A stretch of DNA of 14,670 bases, from NCBI RefSeq assembly GCF_006345805.1, contig NW_021825698.1, positions 1 to 14,670 of the forward strand. Reading direction: 5' to 3'. Positions 7,901 to 14,670 of the stretch are shown here, one piece after another. This stretch comes from Octopus sinensis (lineage: Eukaryota). Below the pieces are notes generated by a model. The model did not search any database. It saw only the letters and a list, made by a program, of their open reading frames with translations, and was not told the origin of the DNA. The translations under genes were made by a program, and so were the position numbers. The number at the start of each line of letters is the position of its first letter. Within the stretch, counting starts at the first letter, position 1.

Positions 7901-8282
7901 ACTAGCAGTATCGCCCGGCGTTGCTCAGGTTTGTAAGGGAAATAACTATAAAGCATTTTTAGAGAGTTATAGCCAAAAAACAGCAAAAAAATGGAAAAAA
8001 ATGATGGTAAATTTTTTTTTGATAGTTAAAAAGGTGGAGTTGCGTCCCCTAGACAGTCTGTGTTTGTGTTCCCTGATTCTCGACCCCATGTCGAATTTAT
8101 CGATTTTTTTCAGAACTGGGGAAACTTTTCAAAATTTTCGCTGCGTTAGTTTTGAATTATGACATTGGGCTATGTTGTGTCAAGTTCATCAGAATCGTTG
8201 AAAGCCGTGGTCAGGGTGAGGGTACAAGCAACAGACACACAGAAACACGCACAGACAAACTGCCGTTTATATAGAGAGAGAT
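7901..8282 (+). mobile_element. Non-autonomous Helitron-like element, short variant
   Basis: ACTAGCAGTATCGCCCGGCGTTGCTC start. 8026-8282 is colinear and highly similar to 7556-7830, with the same ...CAAACTGCCGTTTATATAGAGAGAGAT end. Confidence 0.72.
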
Positions 8283-8424
8283 ATACGGTATATTTATGTT
8301 TCATTCATCCCTTTCACTTCAGTCAAAATTTACTATTACTTTGTTATCGTTCTAATTAATCTCACTAACATCTTAATTTTATATCGAATACTTTTGGCTT
8401 TACATAACTGATATTTAGATGTGC

Positions 8425-8425
8425 C

Positions 8426-8482
<57 letters not shown>

Positions 8483-8545
8483 CCCCCCTACATGGCCTTG
8501 CTATTTGCTTTTGAGCCAAATTAACTAACTAACTAACTAACTAAA
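8425..8545. repeat. (CTAT)n and (CTAA)n microsatellites
   Basis: Read directly. Confidence 0.9.
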
Positions 8546-8651
8546 TATCTAGATGTGTGCGTGTTTGTGTGTGGCGTGTGTATACGTATGCATACAACTA
8601 TGTATACAAATATATGTGTATATATATGCATATATTTATCAATAATAATAT

Positions 8652-8923
8652 AGGGTGAAATTAATTAATTTGGAACAATCATTAATTTCACCAAGTAGAT
8701 TTCGGCATGTAAAAGCCCCATTCAAGGAAGGTTTAAGTAATACTAAGTAATTAAGGGTTTAGCAACGATTTGCCTCACCACACACCGAATTTAGAAATAG
8801 CAGACAAAGAGTTTTGGCTATTCTTTCTACTAGTAGAAAGAATAGCCAAAACTCTTTGTCTGCTATTTCTAAATTCGGTGTGTGGTGAGGCAAATCGTTG
8901 CTAAACCCTTAATTACTTAGTAT
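8652..8923 (-). mobile_element. Fold-back element 3 containing a perfect 184-bp zero-spacer palindrome
   Basis: 8740-8831 is the exact reverse complement of 8832-8923 (centre TTCTACT|AGTAGAA). Unpaired 88-bp extension 8652-8739 starting AGGGTGAAATTAATTAATT, colinear with 4484-4667. Possible 12-bp TSD TATGCATATATT at 8625-8636 and 8921-8932. Confidence 0.78.
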
Positions 8924-9407
8924 GCATATATTCGTATATACATATGTATCCATAGACACACACACATATATATATGTGTGTGTGCGTGTGTGTGTGTATG
9001 TTCTTGTGTGTGTGTGAGCACGAAATTACGTACAAGGTCAGTGCTATAGTTGAGTTGCTATAATTAATCGAAGTGTGATATAGCTTTCGCCGTTTATGTC
9101 CGGTGATTAACAGTTAATGATAAAGTAAGTTAATAACCTTTTTGATTTACAATTATGCTCTCTCTTTCTCTTTCTGTTACTCTCACTCTCTTTCACTTCT
9201 CTGTCTCTCACTTTCACTTCTCCCTCAATCTCTATTTTCACTTCTCTTTCACTCTCTCCCTCTCTCTCTCTCTCGCATACACACACATGCACACACATTC
9301 GCTCATCTATCTATCTACACACACGCACATATATATATATACATATATATGCGTTTATATATAAATATTTGTATGTATGTAAGTTTGTATTTATACATAT
9401 GTATATA

Positions 9408-9497
9408 GACAGACAGACAGACGGACGGACGGATGGATGGATGGATGGATGGATGGATGGATGGATGGATGGATGAATGGATGGATGGATGGATGGA

Positions 9498-9542
<45 letters not shown>

Positions 9543-9579
9543 GGACGGACGGACGGACGGACGAATGGATGGATGGATG

Positions 9580-9632
<53 letters not shown>

Positions 9633-9658
9633 GCAGACAGACAGACAGACAGACAGAC

Positions 9659-9710
<52 letters not shown>
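9408..9710. repeat. Compound tetranucleotide array GACA/GACG/GATG/GATA
   Basis: Read directly. Confidence 0.97.
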
Positions 9711-9711
<1 letters not shown>

Positions 9712-10639
9712 TTCGTATGCCTCTGTTTGTATGTTTACATATATTTCTGTAAAGAAAACAAAAGGATTCAGCCATGTCCCAAGCGTTCGCTTGTTTCGTT
9801 AGGTTCTTTGGTTGCGAACTGATGTATTCATCTATATCAACAGATAGAACACAAAATCTTCTCTGTTTACTGAACCTTTAGACCGGGACTGTATATATAA
9901 GTATTGCATGTGTGCGTATAGCGAAGGATATAAACATCGGCAAGTAAACTGAAATACAAGAACGTATGCCTTTTTCATATTCATTTCGGGTCGATTTAGG
10001 AATTACCTCGTGTTGCTCTGGAATATCCCGTGTATCGATGTTCCTTTCCTGTTGTCGTCTATTTGCAGTTACTTACGGAGAACATAACGCATCGAACTCA
10101 GATGATTAGATTAGCTTACTAATGTAGAGGACACAGTGTTTTCTATTAGATCAAAACCATTGAAAAACATGTCCTCCATTTCGAAGGAACGTCGGAACGG
10201 ACAATAAAGCTGAAAGAAAAGCAAAACTAAATAAAAAGAAAAGGAATGTCACACATAAAATACTGTTCCATGTCTTTAATGTAAAAGAAAAGAATGAAGG
10301 AAAATAAGTGTTCTGAAGATTGTTTAGCATTCTTAGTACAAAGCATTTCCACAAAAGGAATTAATTCTGTTGTAAATAATACCCTTAATGAATATCAGCA
10401 ATGTGTTATTGCCTTCACAGCACTCTTTTTCATTGAAGTTGTTTAAACATTGCCGAGTTACGTATCAGTATAAAGCGTTATTTGCTGCCGTAGAGTTCGG
10501 ATAAAGAGTTAACGGCAATTGACTGAGATACAGACGACTGGATTATTTGAATGACTGAGAACGTAAGTGGACAGAAGGAGGTAAAATGTAGAACGAGGAA
10601 GTAAAGGGTGTGAGGAATGTTTGGCAGATAAGGTACGAT

Positions 10640-11187
10640 GAAAAGATGAAAGAAGAAGAAGAAGAAGAAGAAGAAGAAGAAGAAGAAGAAGAAGAAGAAG
10701 AAGAAGAAGAAAGGGGATGAGGAGGAGGAAGAGGAAGAGGGGAGGAGGGGAAGAAGAAGGGAGGAGGTGGAAAAGGAGGCGGGGTGAGGGAGGAAAAGGA
10801 GGAGGTGGAGGGAGGGGAAGGAAATAAGTGGAAGTGAAAAAGAAGAAAGAAAAGGAAATTAGTAGTAGTAAAAGTAGTAGTGTAGGAGGGGAGGGAGGAG
10901 GAGAAGGAGAAGAAAGAGACTGAGAAGAATGAGAAAAGAAGAAGAAGAAGAGAAGAAGAGGAAGAAGAGGAAGAGAAGAGGAAAAGAGAGGAAGAGAAGA
11001 GGAAGAAAAAGGGAGAAGAGGAAGAAGAAGAGGAAGAAGAGGAAAGAAGAAGAGAGAAGAAGAAGAGGAAGAAGAAGAAGAGGAAGAAGGAAGGAGGAAA
11101 AAAAAAAAGAAGAAGAAGAAAGAAGAAAAAGAAGAAGAGGGAAGAAGATGATGATGATGATGATGAATGATGATGATGATGATGAGA
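10640..11187. repeat. Polypurine (GAA/GAG/GGA) tract followed by (GAT)n
   Basis: Pure (GAA)n at ~10648-10711, then a purine-dominated stretch to ~11145. It explains the poly-K/R/E and poly-F/S/L ORFs. Confidence 0.95.
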
Positions 11188-11858
11188 TGATAATATCGAG
11201 AAAAACTGACAAGTAGACAGACAGATAGACAGCCAGATAGATTTATTCATTCATTCATTGATAAAAGATGTCGAAGGGCTTACTTGTAACTCCATAAATG
11301 ATAAACAGAAACCACAGTTGAGTTGTAAAATATATATTCTTAATCAAACAGACTCAAGTGAGTATTTAACTAATTCAAATTTTGTAACACGTTTGTTAAA
11401 AACGTTTTGCACTCATTCTAACGTTAATTACCACTTTCGTGAAGTCAACACTCGAATAAACGAAATTCAGGCAAGAGCATTGCGATTATACGTGTGTTTA
11501 GGTTGACAATTATTTATAGCCTGTACGTTGCGTTATTTTGTAAGTAGGCATGTCAGCAGAGAAGAGATAGGACGAATACTGCCTTAGTCGCTAATTTCTT
11601 CTGTCGTGAAAGGCGAGAATTAAAACGATTTTGAAGAGGGAAGCTCAGCTTAAGTGAGATCTGGTTGTTATTGCTTGTTTATATGTCACTCAAATATAGG
11701 ATTCTGTCAGTGTTTATGCGTATGTTGATAGTATATGTGTATATGACTTGAATACGTGTATGTGTTTAGTGGTGTGAGCGTGTGGTGGTGTGGTCCAGAA
11801 GCTGATGCACGATTTACGAATTATTCTTCTTTAGCCCCTGGTCAACTGTGATCGATTA

Positions 11859-12239
11859 AAGGAGCACTCCGTCGGTTGCGACGATGAGGGTCCCAGCTGA
11901 TACGATCAACGGAACAGCTTGCTCGTGATATTAACGTGTAAGTGGCTGAGCACTCCACAGACACGTGTACCCTTAACGTAGTTCTCGAGGAGATTCAGCG
12001 TGACACAGATTGTGACAAGGCTGCCCTTTGAAATACAGGTACAACAGAACAGGAAGAAAGAGCGAGAGAAAGTTGTGTGCAAAGAGTACAAGAAGTGGTT
12101 CACCCACCATCCCCTGCCGAGTCTCGTGGAGCTTTAGGTGTTTTCGCTCAATAAACACTCATAATGCCGGTCTGGGAATCGAAACCGCGATCCTCCGATT
12201 GCGAGTCCGCTGCCCTAACCACTGGGCCATTGCGCCTCC
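11859..12239 (-). mobile_element. SINE family D, full length, with perfect 14-bp target-site duplication
   Basis: Minus-strand head GGAGGCGCAATGGCCCAGTGGTTAGGGCAGCGGACTCGCAATCGGAGGATCGCGGTTTCGATTCCCAGACCGGC (A box TGGCCCAGTGG, B box GGTTTCGATTCCC). TSD ACTGTGATCGATTA at 11845-11858 and 12240-12253. Confidence 0.92.
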
Positions 12240-12929
12240 ACTGTGATCGATTAGAGGTATAATCAAGAAATTCCCACTATGACCACCCGTTTTTTTTCTG
12301 TTTGTTGGTATTTCTTTTTTTCTAATATAAAGGACCCAGATCTAAAAATCTTTTGTGACTTAACCTGCCGCTCGAATTATCCACACCAACTGGTCTTTGG
12401 TCTCTACGTTCTTGGCTAAAAGCTTTCAGACCAAAACCCAGATCCCACCCAGCCGCAGGAAGACTATTTCCGTGCCACCCCGCAAGACTTGGAGACCCGA
12501 AGAAATAAGAGGATGCAAGTGCTACCCTTCTCTCAATCCATCTTTCTCTGGCACAGTGTAAGCTTTTGATTCACTGCGCATGCGTGGTGAATCAACACTA
12601 GCACATATACACAAACCTGTATGTATGTGCGTGTGTTTTTGTATGTGTATTATTATATTCACACACACACACACACACCACACACACCGTACACACATAT
12701 GTACACAGGCATGACAGGAGTAAATGGACACCCATAAAAAATCGTTTTATGTTTATTCTTTCTCTAACGCGGTTGAGAAAGACCCCAACCACTCTGCATG
12801 CAACACCAAGTGGCTTCATTTAAATGACTGAACCCAAAAAAGAGCCTGTTTTATAAATGTTATATTATGGATTATCTTGAGTGAGGGGAACTCACGATTA
12901 ATCAACGGATTCTATGCAGTTTAAAACTT

Positions 12930-13230
12930 TACGAGGAGTGGTGCGAAAAGTTCCTGACTTGAGTGAAAGAAAATATTGGAGGATCAGTTTATTCTTTTAT
13001 GCTGTTATTCTCATCTTTGTTTCAGTCATTTGACTGCGACAGGCTTGGAAGCACCGCCTTTAGTCGAACAAATCACTCAGAACTATTCTTTTGTAAGCCT
13101 AGTACTTATTCTAATATCGGTCTCTTTTGCCGAACTGCTAAGTTACGGGGACGGTACACGCCATCGGTTGTCAGCGATAGTGGGAGGGGAACAAACACAG
13201 ACACACAGACGCACACACACAAACCACAAC

Positions 13231-13270
<40 letters not shown>

Positions 13271-13600
13271 TATATATACGACGAGCTTCGTTCAGTTTCC
13301 GTCTCCTAAATCTATTCACAAGGCTTTGGTCGGCTATAGTAGAAGACACTTGCCAAGGTACCACGTAGTGGACTGAACCTAGAACCATGTGGTTGGGAAG
13401 CAAGCTGCTTACCACACAGCCACTCCTGCGCCTATAGTTAATCACAATTATATTGAACATATTTCCCTCTCAGATTCACACACTTATTGCAGCGGTGGTC
13501 CAGGTTTTCCAATCCCTGTAAAAGAACCCTTAAGGTTGGTCGTCCAACCAGGCCTTTCACGACACCTTTAAAGGCAGAAATTTTTCTGCATGCCCTCGTA
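12930..13600. mobile_element. Tc1/mariner-type MITE (~230 bp when empty) interrupted by SINE A copy 5
   Basis: Imperfect TIRs TA-CGAGGAGTGGTGCGAAAAGTTCCTGACTT (12930-12960) and AAGGCAGAAATTTTTCTGCATGCCCTCG-TA (13571-13600), with TA dinucleotides at both termini. Confidence 0.72.
12992..13432 (-). mobile_element. SINE family A copy 5
   Basis: Reverse complement of family A, ending CCACTCCTGCGCC; internal (TA)n at 13234-13278; tail somewhat decayed. Confidence 0.9.
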
Positions 13601-13869
13601 AATACACAAATGGAAACCAAAATTATAGGGATGTAGGAAAATTTGTCTGAAAACCTTAGTTATAAATACAAAATTGAAGTACAAATTTAGCATGGATTTA
13701 AATTACAATTATATGGTAAATATTAAAACTCATCAACAACTCATTAAAAAATTTTACGGAATCCCCACAATACATCACCTTCAGTATAGAATAAACTGCA
13801 ATAAACTATCAGAGAGAATATCATCGTACGGATTCTCTTCATCATCATCTCTGGCTGTAATTATAGGAT

Positions 13870-14135
13870 GAACATCATCATCATCATCATCGTCGTCGTT
13901 GTCGTCGTCGTCGTCATCGTCGTTGTCATCGTCGTCGTCGTCATCATGATCATCAATCATCATTTTCTTTTTTTTCTTCTCCATTTTTGTCCATCATCCT
14001 GCTCCTCCTTCACCTTCTCTTCATCATCATCATCATCACCCGCATCACAATCAACATCATTATCATCATTAATGTCGCATCATCATCATCATCATTATCG
14101 TCGTTGTCATTGCCGTCATCGTCATCATCACCATC
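13870..14135. repeat. Degenerate (CAT)n/(CGT)n trinucleotide tract
   Basis: Read directly; source of the poly-D/I/V/H/S ORFs. Confidence 0.93.
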
Positions 14136-14316
14136 ATCCCACAGATATCCCCCCCCCTACGATATCCATTGCATTCGAAGTGCAGCATTTCTTGAATGCT
14201 TTGATAATAATATCAGCTGTTATTTATTCGGGCTGAAAATTTTGGCATCGCTACGCTGTGAGTTATTTCCTCGGGCAACGAATATCCCAAGAGAAATATG
14301 CACAGACACTCAATAA

Positions 14317-14325
<9 letters not shown>

Positions 14326-14359
<34 letters not shown>
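14326..14359. repeat. (CA)n microsatellite
   Basis: Read directly. Confidence 0.95.
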
Positions 14360-14362
<3 letters not shown>

Positions 14363-14498
14363 ACCACAACTCACTTACGGGCGCTCAAACATGGTATTAT
14401 ATTGGAAATGCATACGATCTGTCTTATATAAGAAGCTATGGTGTGATGTGTTTATATCAGAACTATAATGCAATAACTGCAGTACTTCTTCAGTAATA

Positions 14499-14570
14499 GT
14501 TCCAAATTTTGGCACGGGGTCACAGCCATTTTTGAGGGCAGGGTGAAATCGAGTACATCGACTCCAGTAC
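14499..14570 (-). mobile_element. Old SINE 3' fragment sharing the GGGGTCGATGTA-TCGA module with family B
   Basis: AAATCGAGTACATCGACTCCAGT is the reverse complement of a degenerate ACTGGGGTCGATGTAATCGACTT (compare 2965-2995). Confidence 0.45.
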
Positions 14571-14670
14571 TTCTCAGTGGCCTAGTACAGCCGCAAATTG
14601 TGGAGACTATTCACATAGAATATATATATATATATATTATTTTATAGAAGGAGCTTCTACAGGACTAGAA

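Noticed and set aside
10150-10230. Possible terminal exon after TTTTCTATTAG (IKTIEKHVLHFEGTSERTIKLKEKQN*)
   Set aside because: Two frames are similarly open, there is no homology I recognise and no upstream exon.
10313-10330. Other CTGA(A/T)GA heptamers (10313 on +; ~6793, ~8186 and ~14487 on -)
   Set aside because: None has a stem II closed by GAAA and an NUH triplet.
12165-12239. tRNA-like sequence on the minus strand
   Set aside because: It is the head of SINE D, continuing into a 300-bp body within a TSD; not a tRNA gene.
14200-14440. Possible old Helitron-like 3' fragment around the (CA)n
   Set aside because: The resemblance is too weak to set boundaries or assign a family.

Overview
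AT-rich, repeat-saturated eukaryotic non-coding DNA (intergenic or deep intronic). The SINE families and microsatellite load point to an octopod cephalopod (Octopus); this is inferred from remembered repeat families, not from a search. No intact protein-coding gene can be supported, and nearly all ORFs in the supplied track are microsatellite or repeat translations. Contents: five copies of a bipartite tRNA-derived CORE-like SINE, fragments of a second SINE family, a third SINE with a perfect 14-bp TSD, non-autonomous Helitron-like elements, a mariner-type MITE split by a SINE, a degenerate C2H2 zinc-finger ORF remnant (probably an RTE-like LINE C-terminus) that the ORF track missed, and many simple repeats. 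The most interesting signal has two parts. First, a complete minimal type I hammerhead ribozyme (4275-4377) sits inside a ~234-bp element flanked by (TA)n. Second, a family of related TA-embedded fold-back elements (4484-4940, 6255-6586, 8652-8923) is present; one carries a truncated hammerhead-like remnant exactly at its inversion junction and one is a perfect 184-bp zero-spacer palindrome. Together they look like a Penelope-like (PLE)/retrozyme-type, microsatellite-targeting non-autonomous retroelement system.
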